Positions 7,325-14,470 of a stretch of 16,549 bases of DNA are shown piece by piece. The notes beneath the pieces are model-generated. The model worked only from the letters and a program-made list of their open reading frames with translations, had not been told where the DNA came from and made no database searches. The translations under genes were made by a program, and so were the position numbers. Source of the DNA: an uncultured Flavobacteriales bacterium (GTDB taxonomy: Bacteria > Bacteroidota > Bacteroidia > Flavobacteriales_D > JABDKJ01). Numbering within the stretch: the first letter of the stretch is position 1; each line of letters starts with the position of its first letter. The stretch spans positions 1-16,549 of the forward strand of contig CAYSDH010000019.1 in NCBI GenBank assembly GCA_964429805.1. Reading direction: 5' to 3'.

Positions 7325-8101
7325 TTGGTCTCAATGCCTAGTAAAATGAAAGAGGAAATAATGCAGGTGCTACAGCGCTTGCAAGAACAAACTGGAGTAA
7401 ACGTGTTGCTCGCTTGCGAAACAGGTTCAAGGGCATGGGGCTTTCCATCACCTGACAGTGATTATGACGTGAGGTTGATATACATGCATGAGTCGGCATG
7501 GTACAGCACACTCTTTGAGGCGAAAGACAGTCTGGAGTATATGTCAGATGATGGTGAGATAGACCTTACGGGCTGGGAGCTGCGCAAGTCTTTGCGCCTT
7601 CTGTGTAAGTCTAACGCTTCGCTCTTAGAACGACTTCAGTCACCCATAGTCTATTCGGAAAACGAAGTGTTCATGAAAAAGTTGAGGGAGCTAGTTCCTC
7701 AATTCTACTCCAAGCGAACCACGCTATATCACTATTTAAGCTTAGCCAAAAAAAGTTTGGCCCTCTGTGCCGATGACGAATACCGCTTGAAGACCTTTTT
7801 TTATGCGCTCAGAGCTACATGTGCTTGCCGATACATCTACTCCTTTGACTGTTCTCCGCCAATAGTTTTTCAAGAGATGCTTGATGGAATTGACATGAAA
7901 GATTCGCTTAAAACTCGGATACTTGAGCTTGTGAGTATGAAAGCGAATTTGAGTGAATCATATATGCATACAGGTGAACAAGAACTGATAGACTGGATGA
8001 GTCTAGCATTAGATCAATCCGAGCAAGAAGCCGATTCATTAGAAGTTTCTAATGCTGACGTGAAGGAACTAGATAAACTCTTATTTGAATCCATATCATG
8101 A
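7325..8101 (+). CDS. Pol-beta superfamily nucleotidyltransferase (COG3541-like 'predicted nucleotidyltransferase'), copy 1
   Basis: It carries the N-terminal NTase signature LLACETGSRAWGFPSPDSDYDVRLIYMH (G[GS]x9-13 D-x-D). It is about 258 aa with an alpha-helical C-terminal half. The start is uncertain; in-frame ATGs also occur at codons 4, 8 and 13. Confidence 0.7.
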   Translation: MVSMPSKMKEEIMQVLQRLQEQTGVNVLLACETGSRAWGFPSPDSDYDVRLIYMHESAWYSTLFEAKDSLEYMSDDGEIDLTGWELRKSLRLLCKSNASLLERLQSPIVYSENEVFMKKLRELVPQFYSKRTTLYHYLSLAKKSLALCADDEYRLKTFFYALRATCACRYIYSFDCSPPIVFQEMLDGIDMKDSLKTRILELVSMKANLSESYMHTGEQELIDWMSLALDQSEQEADSLEVSNADVKELDKLLFESIS

Positions 8102-9153
8102 CCATCTCTGAGTTAAAATCGAGTAATTGTATCGTGTTTGAATGCCTGAGTGGGAGTAAGGCACAAGGCTTAGCCACTGCCGATTCTGATACCGATATAC
8201 GGGGAGTATTTGTACTTCCCGCCAAGCAATTTTTCGGCAATTCTTACCTCCCTCAAGTAAGTGATGAGCGAAATGATACCGTGTATTATGAACTCGGACG
8301 GTTCGTGGAGTTACTGTCTAAGAACAATCCTAATGCGCTGGAGCTACTGTGCACTCCCGATGAGTTCGTGCTGAAGAGAGCGCCTATGATGGATTTAATT
8401 CCACCAGCGTTGTTTATGAGTAAACGCTGTCATAAAACATTTGTCGGATACGCATCTACGCAGATTGGAAAAGCCAAAGGCCTGAATAAAAAAATAAATA
8501 ATCCTATGCCTAAAACACGGCCAACGGTACTTGATTTTTGTTTTGTCACCGACCAGCGCCATACTAAAAGTTTAACTCAGCTGCTCGAAGAGAACAGCTG
8601 GAGGCAAGAAGATTGCGGCTTGAGTAAAATGGCCAAGATGCCTGACATGTATGCGCTTTTTCATCATTCTGAAAGCATCTATGAAGGCATTTTTAAGGGT
8701 GATAACGCCAATGATGTCTGCTTGAGTAGTATCCCCAAAGAGGAAAAGATGGTGGCCTATGTGCACTTCAGAAAGTCTGCATATTCAAAGTACTGCAGGA
8801 AGCACAGAGAGTATTGGGATTGGGTAGAGAAAAGAAATGAGAGTAGATATCAATCCACAATATCGCATGGTAAGCAGTATGATGCAAAGAATATGATGCA
8901 CACCATCCGTCTGCTTCGCATGGCCAAGGAGATTGCTGAAACGGGAGCGGTTGTTGTAAAAAGGGAAGACAGAGATGAGTTGTTAGCCATACGGTCAGGT
9001 GAGTTCTCGTATGAAAAGCTGATTGAAATGTCAGAAGCATTGATGTCAGAAATTGAATGTTCTTTTGCTACATCAGACCTTCCTGCAACACCTGATTTAA
9101 AAGCGATAAATCAAGCGCTTGTGCAGATTAGAACAGACTATTACGGACATTAA
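8098..9153 (+). CDS. Pol-beta superfamily nucleotidyltransferase, copy 2 (351 aa), translationally coupled to copy 1
   Basis: Signature IVFECLSGSKAQGLATADSDTDIRGVFV. Its start codon overlaps the upstream stop (ATGA at 8098-8101). It has a longer C-terminal region than copy 1, and the two are only distantly related paralogs. Confidence 0.7.
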   Translation: MTISELKSSNCIVFECLSGSKAQGLATADSDTDIRGVFVLPAKQFFGNSYLPQVSDERNDTVYYELGRFVELLSKNNPNALELLCTPDEFVLKRAPMMDLIPPALFMSKRCHKTFVGYASTQIGKAKGLNKKINNPMPKTRPTVLDFCFVTDQRHTKSLTQLLEENSWRQEDCGLSKMAKMPDMYALFHHSESIYEGIFKGDNANDVCLSSIPKEEKMVAYVHFRKSAYSKYCRKHREYWDWVEKRNESRYQSTISHGKQYDAKNMMHTIRLLRMAKEIAETGAVVVKREDRDELLAIRSGEFSYEKLIEMSEALMSEIECSFATSDLPATPDLKAINQALVQIRTDYYGH

Positions 9154-9376
9154 AGAATACTGATCGGTTTCCTTTATTATGCGAGGCATGTTCATCTAGC
9201 TGATTGCTCCTTTGATATAATGTTGACCAATTGCTCTTTAAGACGAGGGTGATTTTGTGCGCTAATTGTAAGTGTCTCAGTGATCACTTAATCACCTTAT
9301 TCAGTCGCTATCAGCTGTTTGATTGAAGCAAAAAAAGAATGTACTACCATAAAGTCCATTTAAAGGCAATTAGACG

Positions 9377-9393
9377 AAAAAATAAAAAAAAAA
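9377..9393. repeat. Homopolymeric tract A6-T-A10 in the promoter region of the T9SS repeat-protein gene
   Basis: gaaaaaataaaaaaaaaagg, read directly; it lies 70-86 nt upstream of the ATG at 9463. Confidence 0.9.
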
Positions 9394-9462
9394 GGAGATT
9401 CAGGTAAGCGTATTTAGGCTCAATTGCATCTAGGAGGGGTAAATCATCAAATCCCATCAAAA

Positions 9463-12400
9463 ATGAAAATTGAATCAAACTCCATATTCGCCAAAAGTAT
9501 TACCCCTTTTCTGAGTGCATTGTTCTTGCTCTTTTCTGTGCAAGCAAATGCCTGTGCAGATATTGTTCAGTTCCAATTTACTAATGGAACTCAAACAATT
9601 CTCATCTCAGATGGTGCAGCATATAACCTAGATGATTTACCAGATGATTTTTATCTAGAGGCAGTTGTCAATGGCAATGAAGAAAGTGTTTCTTTTCACG
9701 TCTCTTCATCAAACAACTCCTTCACCTACAGCGTAGTTGAGAATTATGTTCCTTACACTTTTCCAGCTGGAAACGGGGCATGGCATCTTGGAGATGGTCA
9801 TTTTAGTGTTTCCGCCAGTGCTTATTCTCACCCTTATGCTGGTGGCACTTTTTGTGATCATGAGTCAATAAACTTTACGCTGTCTGAAGGAGTGGAGACG
9901 TGCTCAGCACTTGCCGGAACACTCAGTGGAGGCGGAGATATTTGCAATATCAATGAGACGCACTTGACGGCAACTCCAAACGGAGATGCGGTTATTCCTA
10001 ACGGATATCAGACAGTCTTTGTGCTTACTCAAGGTTCTGAGTTAGTTATAATAGGAGCGGGAGCCGAAGCTGATTTTACAGTCGCTGAAGATGGTATGTA
10101 CACCATCCACTCTTTAGTGTATGACCCTTCTACTTTAGATTTGAGTATAGTCGTACCAGGTGTGACTACTGGTTTTGATGTCTTTGGATTATTGCAAGAT
10201 GGAGGCGGAGATATCTGCGCTTCACTAGATGTGGCCGGAGCACAGTTTCAGGTCGCAAATCCAAGTGCGGGTACCTTGACAGCAAATCAAAGTGAAGTGC
10301 CACTTGATGGAGGTGCAGCAACAATATCAGCCACTGCCAATGGAGACATCAATGTGCCAATGGGTTACTCTTCAATTTTCGTGTTGACTCAAGGAAGCGA
10401 GTTGACTATTGTTAATGCAGGAGGCGAGCCAAGTTTTGAGGTAACAGAATCAGGAGACTACACCATCCACACCTTAGTCTTTGACCCAACAACTTTAGAC
10501 CTGAGTATAGTTGAGCTAGGAGTAACTACAGGAGTAGATGTCTTCGGCCTTATCGTGCCAGGTGGAGGTGCAATCTGTGCCGATCTTGATGTGGCCGGGG
10601 CGCCTATTACAGTCTCTGCAGATGAGTCATGCTCAGCACATGCCGGAACACTCAGCGGAGGAGGAGATATTTGCAATATCAATGAGACGCACTTAACGGC
10701 AACACCAAACGGAGATGCAGTTATTCCTAACGGATATCAGACAGTCTTTGTGCTTACTCAAGGTTCTGAGTTAGTTATAATAGGAGCGGGAGCCGAAGCT
10801 GATTTTACAGTCGCTGAAGATGGTATGTACACCATCCACTCTTTAGTGTATGACCCTTCTACTTTAGATTTGAGTATAGTCGTACCAGGTGTGACTACTG
10901 GTTTTGATGTCTTTGGATTATTGCAAGATGGAGGCGGAGATATCTGCGCTTCACTAGATGTGGCCGGAGCACAGTTTCAGGTCGCAAATCCAAGTGCGGG
11001 TACCTTGACAGCAAATCAAAGTGAAGTGCCACTTGATGGAGGTGCAGCAACAATATCAGCCACTGCCAATGGAGACATCAATGTGCCAATGGGTTACTCT
11101 TCAATTTTCGTGTTGACTCAAGGAAGCGAGTTGACTATTGTTAATGCAGGAGGCGAGCCAAGTTTTGAGGTAACAGAATCAGGAGACTACACCATCCACA
11201 CCTTAGTCTTTGACCCAACAACTTTAGACCTGAGTATAGTTGAGCTAGGAGTAACTACAGGAGTAGATGTCTTCGGCCTTATCGTGCCAGGTGGAGGTGC
11301 AATCTGTGCCGATCTTGATGTGGCCGGGGCGTCAATCACAGTAGTTTCAGCAGATGTGTGTACAGCTTTTGCAGGTACTTTAACGGCCGATGCTGATGAA
11401 TATGCATGGAGTGGAAGCCCCATTACCGTGTCAGCTACCCCAAATGGTGATGTCAATGTACCAAACGGATACGGATCAATATTTGTGCTTACGCAAGGAC
11501 CAGACTTGGTCATAGTTGGAGCAGGAGCTTCGCCAGAATTTGAAATCAATCAGCCTGGGCAGTTCATCATTCATACGTTAGTCTATGACCCGAATACACT
11601 TGACCTTGGAATAGTAGAACTTGGTGTGACGACAGGTTTTGATGTCTTTGGACTTATAGTGCCAGGTGGAGGTTCCATTTGTGCAGATCTTGATGTTGCA
11701 GGAGCAGCTATTGTGGTTGTTGAAACTGACGGATGCGCAGCAGATGCCGGAACATTAGTCAGTCATCCAACCATCACATGTTTAAACGAAGGCACTGGTG
11801 ATATTTTTGCCCAAGAGGACATTGAGCCTGTAATTCCAGCTGGTTATGAAGTGCTGTATGTACTTACGAATGCATTCGGACTAACTATTGAAGATGTCAG
11901 CGCCTCACCAGAGTTTACAGTTGAGCACGCTGGGTTTTACAGAGTGCATACTCTCGTCTATGACCCTGCAACGCTAGATTTGAGCATCGTAGAGTTTGGC
12001 GTGACTTCAGGTTTTGATGTCAATACTCTTCTGATTCAAGGTGGTGGCGAAATTTGTGCATCGCTCTTATTGCATGCCCCATTGACGCTCGTTCTTCCAG
12101 AATATTTCTGCAACACATTCGTCTGGCACTTCCTCAACAACAAAGCGGCAGACGCAGTTGACCTCGAATCTATAGTTGATTCATACGAAGATTATGCCTC
12201 ATTTGAGAAGTCTCTTATGGTCATGAATGTGAGTGTTTATCCAAATCCTGTGACAGATGTTTTGTCCATAGACTTGCAGCTCTTAGATGATGAGCTTATC
12301 CAGATTCAGGTCATAGACCTTAGTGGGAGAGTAGTCATGGACAGAAGAATAAACAATGCTGAAGGGTTAAATCAATTAGACCTTTCTTCACTGTCAGACG

Positions 12401-12468
12401 GTCAGTACGTATTAAACATTCAGTCACAGTTTAGAGCATTCACTAAATCCATTCAAGTGAGTAAATAA
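9463..12468 (+). CDS. Secreted cell-surface repeat protein with a T9SS (Por) C-terminal sorting domain
   Basis: The start was moved to M14 of the track ORF, giving a signal peptide MKIESNSIFAKSITPFLSALFLLFSVQANA. The C-terminal ~80 aa match the T9SS CTD (NVSVYPNPVTDVLSIDLQ...GQYVLNIQ...). The central part consists of about six copies of a ~120-aa domain (GY..FVLTQG..L.I..AG....F.V.E.G.YTIH.LV.DP.TLDLSIV..GVTTG.DVFGL...GG.IC..LDVAGA). Confidence 0.8.
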   Translation: MKIESNSIFAKSITPFLSALFLLFSVQANACADIVQFQFTNGTQTILISDGAAYNLDDLPDDFYLEAVVNGNEESVSFHVSSSNNSFTYSVVENYVPYTFPAGNGAWHLGDGHFSVSASAYSHPYAGGTFCDHESINFTLSEGVETCSALAGTLSGGGDICNINETHLTATPNGDAVIPNGYQTVFVLTQGSELVIIGAGAEADFTVAEDGMYTIHSLVYDPSTLDLSIVVPGVTTGFDVFGLLQDGGGDICASLDVAGAQFQVANPSAGTLTANQSEVPLDGGAATISATANGDINVPMGYSSIFVLTQGSELTIVNAGGEPSFEVTESGDYTIHTLVFDPTTLDLSIVELGVTTGVDVFGLIVPGGGAICADLDVAGAPITVSADESCSAHAGTLSGGGDICNINETHLTATPNGDAVIPNGYQTVFVLTQGSELVIIGAGAEADFTVAEDGMYTIHSLVYDPSTLDLSIVVPGVTTGFDVFGLLQDGGGDICASLDVAGAQFQVANPSAGTLTANQSEVPLDGGAATISATANGDINVPMGYSSIFVLTQGSELTIVNAGGEPSFEVTESGDYTIHTLVFDPTTLDLSIVELGVTTGVDVFGLIVPGGGAICADLDVAGASITVVSADVCTAFAGTLTADADEYAWSGSPITVSATPNGDVNVPNGYGSIFVLTQGPDLVIVGAGASPEFEINQPGQFIIHTLVYDPNTLDLGIVELGVTTGFDVFGLIVPGGGSICADLDVAGAAIVVVETDGCAADAGTLVSHPTITCLNEGTGDIFAQEDIEPVIPAGYEVLYVLTNAFGLTIEDVSASPEFTVEHAGFYRVHTLVYDPATLDLSIVEFGVTSGFDVNTLLIQGGGEICASLLLHAPLTLVLPEYFCNTFVWHFLNNKAADAVDLESIVDSYEDYASFEKSLMVMNVSVYPNPVTDVLSIDLQLLDDELIQIQVIDLSGRVVMDRRINNAEGLNQLDLSSLSDGQYVLNIQSQFRAFTKSIQVSK
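9901..10629 (+). repeat. Tandem direct repeat unit 1 (729 bp, encoding two domain copies)
   Basis: 9990-10601 is 100% identical to 10719-11330 (612 bp, checked line by line). The first ~90 nt differ at 6 positions. Confidence 0.95.
10630..11358 (+). repeat. Tandem direct repeat unit 2 (729 bp)
   Basis: See unit 1. Identity drops after 11330 but homology continues into the next, diverged domain copy. Confidence 0.95.
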
Positions 12469-12566
12469 ACCTCTGGACTAATGTCCTTATTGAGGCCCCT
12501 TGCATTTTTGCAAGGGGCCTTTTATTGATGTGTCTTGGTAAATTAGGACAGCTCGTATGCCTACTG

Positions 12567-12639
12567 TTGATCTGGCTGGACTTGAACCAGCGACCTCTTG
12601 CGTATAAGGCAATTGCTCTGACCACTGAGCTACAGATCA
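12567..12639 (-). tRNA. tRNA-Ile-like with anticodon TAT (reads AUA)
   Basis: Minus-strand sequence: TGATCTG-TA-GCTC-AGTGGTCA-GAGC-A-ATTGC-CTTATAC-GCAAG-AGGTC-GCTGG-TTCAAGT-CCAGC-CAGATCA-A. The backbone (GAGGTCGCTGGTTCAAGTCCAGC) resembles bacterial tRNA-Ile. Loop positions 34-36 are T-A-T with U33 and A37. There is an A-G mismatch at 27-43. Confidence 0.65.
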
Positions 12640-12650
12640 TTGTCGCGCAT

Positions 12651-12700
12651 GAAGGAATCCCTTCGGCAAGCTCAGGATAAACTTCGCTCTGTGAGCGAAC
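12651..12700. repeat. Inverted homolog of the tRNA-array spacer hairpin element (partner at 5496-5547)
   Basis: The minus-strand sequence GTTCGCTCACAGAGCGAAGTTTATCCTGAGCTTGCCGAAGGGATTCCTTC matches 5496-5547 at 42 of 50 positions. It contains the hairpin TTCGCTC-aca-GAGCGAA. Confidence 0.6.
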
Positions 12701-12750
12701 CTCCATCTACCCATAATGAGTGGGTCGCCTTACCATTGGACCAATGCACG
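12696..12750 (-). pseudogene. Truncated tRNA pseudogene (CAT-anticodon-like; the 3' part from the T-loop onward is missing)
   Basis: Minus-strand sequence CGTGCATTGGTCCAATGGTAAGGCG-ACCCA-CTCATTA-TGGGT-AGATGGAGGTTCG. It has a perfect 5-bp anticodon stem, but position 37 is T. It runs straight into the spacer hairpin at the TTCG of its T-loop, and its D-stem is degenerate. Confidence 0.35.
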
Positions 12751-12760
12751 TTTTGTTTTG

Positions 12761-12832
12761 TCACGCCTAGGGGAATCGAACCCCTGCCTACTCATAGAAA
12801 GTGAGCCGTCCTGACCGTTAGACCAAGGCGCG
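12761..12832 (-). tRNA. tRNA-Glu (anticodon TTC)
   Basis: Minus-strand sequence: CGCGCCT-TG-GTCT-AACGGTCA-GGAC-G-GCTCA-CTTTCTA-TGAGT-AGGC-AGGGG-TTCGATT-CCCCT-AGGCGTG-A. The D-arm and T-arm closely resemble bacterial tRNA-Glu. T at position 37 is atypical. Confidence 0.75.
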
Positions 12833-12858
12833 TTAGATTTCTCGTCCCTGAATTCTGA

Positions 12859-12876
12859 ATTTGACCTTGGTCAAAT
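12859..12876. promoter_or_regulatory. Perfect palindrome ATTTGACC-TT-GGTCAAAT in the spacer between tRNA-Glu and tRNA-Tyr
   Basis: Read directly from the sequence: 8-bp arms around a 2-bp centre. Possible dimeric protein-binding site or processing hairpin. Confidence 0.3.
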
Positions 12877-12938
12877 CAGAAAGCACTATTTCTCCCACCC
12901 GTGCTGACCTCTTTACGAGGCCCCAAGAAATCGACTCG

Positions 12939-13023
12939 TGGGGTTGGCAGAATTCGAATCTGCTCAGCCTATCAGGCAACGGATTTACAGTCCGCTCCAG
13001 CTCTCCAGCTCTGGCGCATCCCC
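12939..13023 (-). tRNA. tRNA-Tyr (anticodon GTA), type II with a long variable arm
   Basis: Minus-strand sequence: GGGGATG-CG-CCAG...CTGG-A-GCGGA-CTGTAAA-TCCGT-TGCCTGATAGGCTGA-GCAGA-TTCGAAT-TCTGC-CAACCCC-A. It is 85 nt long. There is one A-A mismatch at acceptor pair 5-68. Confidence 0.7.
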
Positions 13024-13034
13024 TTTTTGAGACA

Positions 13035-13066
13035 TAAAAAACCCGGCTTCAAAAGTGAAGCCGGGT
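13035..13066 (-). terminator. Intrinsic-terminator-like hairpin on the minus strand (11-bp stem ACCCGGCTTCA/TGAAGCCGGGT followed by T6 on the minus strand)
   Basis: The plus strand reads aaaaaa-acccggcttca-aaag-tgaagccgggt. On the minus strand the stem is followed by TTTTTT. It sits immediately 5' of the minus-strand tRNA-Tyr. Confidence 0.5.
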
Positions 13067-13225
13067 CAATAACATCTATCGTATTATTGATTAATTCGGT
13101 TCACATATATTCATGCCTTCTTGCTCTTCATTCATGAAAAGCACATCCATGCATATCTCTTGTATGCTCGATAATTTTGGATAATCTGTATGTAGCTTAT
13201 TTGTTTTCATTGCGAATTGTTGTCA

Positions 13226-13253
13226 TAAAAAAAGCCCAACATCTGTCGGGCTT
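13226..13253 (-). terminator. Second terminator-like hairpin on the minus strand (AAGCCC-aac-atct-g-GGGCTT preceded by A7 on the plus strand, which is T7 after the stem on the minus strand)
   Basis: The plus strand reads cataaaaaaagcccaacatctgtcgggcttataaatt. The stem has one internal mismatch. Confidence 0.35.
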
Positions 13254-13481
13254 ATAAATTGAAATTCTTGAGTATCAATATATCAACACGACCATAGTCC
13301 TATCTCTAGGAGAGGCATGAATATGTATTGATTTGAATTTTCCATTTACATAGCTTTTTTAATCCGCGTAGCGAACGTACTTTAATAACGAGTCACAAAA
13401 AGCAGGGTTGCCTTTTTGATTAAAGTTTTTCTTAAAAAGCCTACTTGACGTACATTGTAGAGGAATAATTTCTTTTCAAAA

Positions 13482-14030
13482 ATGACGGAAGCGTTAGATG
13501 ACTCGCCAGACATGTTGCAATACTCAAGCGGTAATCAAGTGCCCTTTAACATGAGGGTTTTTGGATACTGCATTCTCCTTGGTGGTTTCATTACGATTCT
13601 TGCAAATGTCATTGTTGGCCTGCTCGTAGCGCTTGTTGGAGTGCGATTGGCGTTCACGTATAATGGAGTTCAAATTGACGTAGTTAAAAAGAGATACCGT
13701 GTCTACACGGCCTATGCCTATTTTTTGAAACAAGGGAAATGGAAGTCTTTGGAGTCCATGCAATTCGTATCGGTACTTGGCACCAATGCTGGGTTTGAAG
13801 GGTTCTCTAGGGGAGGTGCTTATACTAAACTTACCGAAAAAGTATGGGACGTGATGTTACTCTCTGAAAATCATAGGGTGAAGTGGTACGTCTGTCGCCA
13901 GAAGAGTGAGGAGCATGCATGGGCAGAGGCAGGCCATATTGCAGGGATTCTTGACAAGAAGACAGCTAAGTATGCTCCGGTATTATCAGCCAAGAGTAAA
14001 GCGAACAGAGAAAGAGGACGTAAGCGGTAG
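13482..14030 (+). CDS. Hypothetical small membrane protein (one or two N-terminal TM helices, basic C-terminal tail)
   Basis: A 182-aa ORF. The hydrophobic stretch YCILLGGFITILANVIVGLLVALVGV is followed by a soluble region with no motif I recognise. The C-terminal residues KSKANRERGRKR are highly basic. The start is ambiguous, with alternative Mets at codons 11 and 24. Confidence 0.5.
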   Translation: MTEALDDSPDMLQYSSGNQVPFNMRVFGYCILLGGFITILANVIVGLLVALVGVRLAFTYNGVQIDVVKKRYRVYTAYAYFLKQGKWKSLESMQFVSVLGTNAGFEGFSRGGAYTKLTEKVWDVMLLSENHRVKWYVCRQKSEEHAWAEAGHIAGILDKKTAKYAPVLSAKSKANRERGRKR

Positions 14031-14058
14031 AGCGATGCTTAATTGATACTTTTGTAAT

Positions 14059-14364
14059 ATGGCTTCATTTAAAGAACTCACATCCTCATCTACACCCACA
14101 TTAGTTGACTTTTTTGCAACATGGTGTGGGCCATGCAAGACGCTTGCACCCATTCTCAAAGACTTAAAAAAAGAGCTTGGAGAATCAGTGAGAATCCTCA
14201 AAGTAGATGTCGACAAGAACCCCAAGGCGGCTCAGAAGTTTGGAGTCCGTGGAGTGCCACTTCTTATTCTATTTAAAAACGGAGATATAGTTTGGAAAGA
14301 GAGTGGAGTAAGGCCAATGGCTGAATTAAAAGAAATAATTCTTCCTCACACAGAGGCGTCCTAA
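14059..14364 (+). CDS. trxA: Thioredoxin
   Basis: A 101-aa ORF with the canonical WCGPC active site (FFATWCGPCKTLAPIL) and the thioredoxin-fold pattern (VDVDKNP...FGVRGVPLLILFKNG). It lies 28 nt downstream of the previous ORF. Confidence 0.9.
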   Translation: MASFKELTSSSTPTLVDFFATWCGPCKTLAPILKDLKKELGESVRILKVDVDKNPKAAQKFGVRGVPLLILFKNGDIVWKESGVRPMAELKEIILPHTEAS

Positions 14365-14470
14365 TCAATTCTGTTTTACGGAATAGTTCAGAGGATAATC
14401 AGTCTCTAGTGGGTTTTCGCTTACGTAGCGTTTAGTGTTGCATGCTGCAACATGCGGCAGAAAAACTTCT

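Noticed and set aside
7325-9153. A CBASS CD-NTase or AbiEii/MenT-type toxin NTase interpretation of the two nucleotidyltransferases
   Set aside because: The motif spacing (GSxAxG ... SDxD at the extreme N-terminus, ~250-350 aa) fits generic COG3541-type pol-beta NTases. No effector, antitoxin or cyclic-nucleotide sensor genes are adjacent, and the immediate partner is rtcB. It remains an alternative to exclude by profile search.
9901-11358. A CRISPR-like array, considered because of the exact DNA repeats
   Set aside because: The repeats are 729 bp long, in frame and protein-coding, with no short repeat-spacer periodicity. No cas genes are present.
10458-11549. Antisense ORFs 10458-10682 and 11187-11549, which share identical peptide tails
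   Set aside because: They are mirror artefacts of the duplicated coding repeat on the plus strand.
12901-13137. 78-aa ORF overlapping tRNA-Tyr
   Set aside because: It overlaps a well-folded tRNA gene and a terminator hairpin, so it is not credible as coding sequence.
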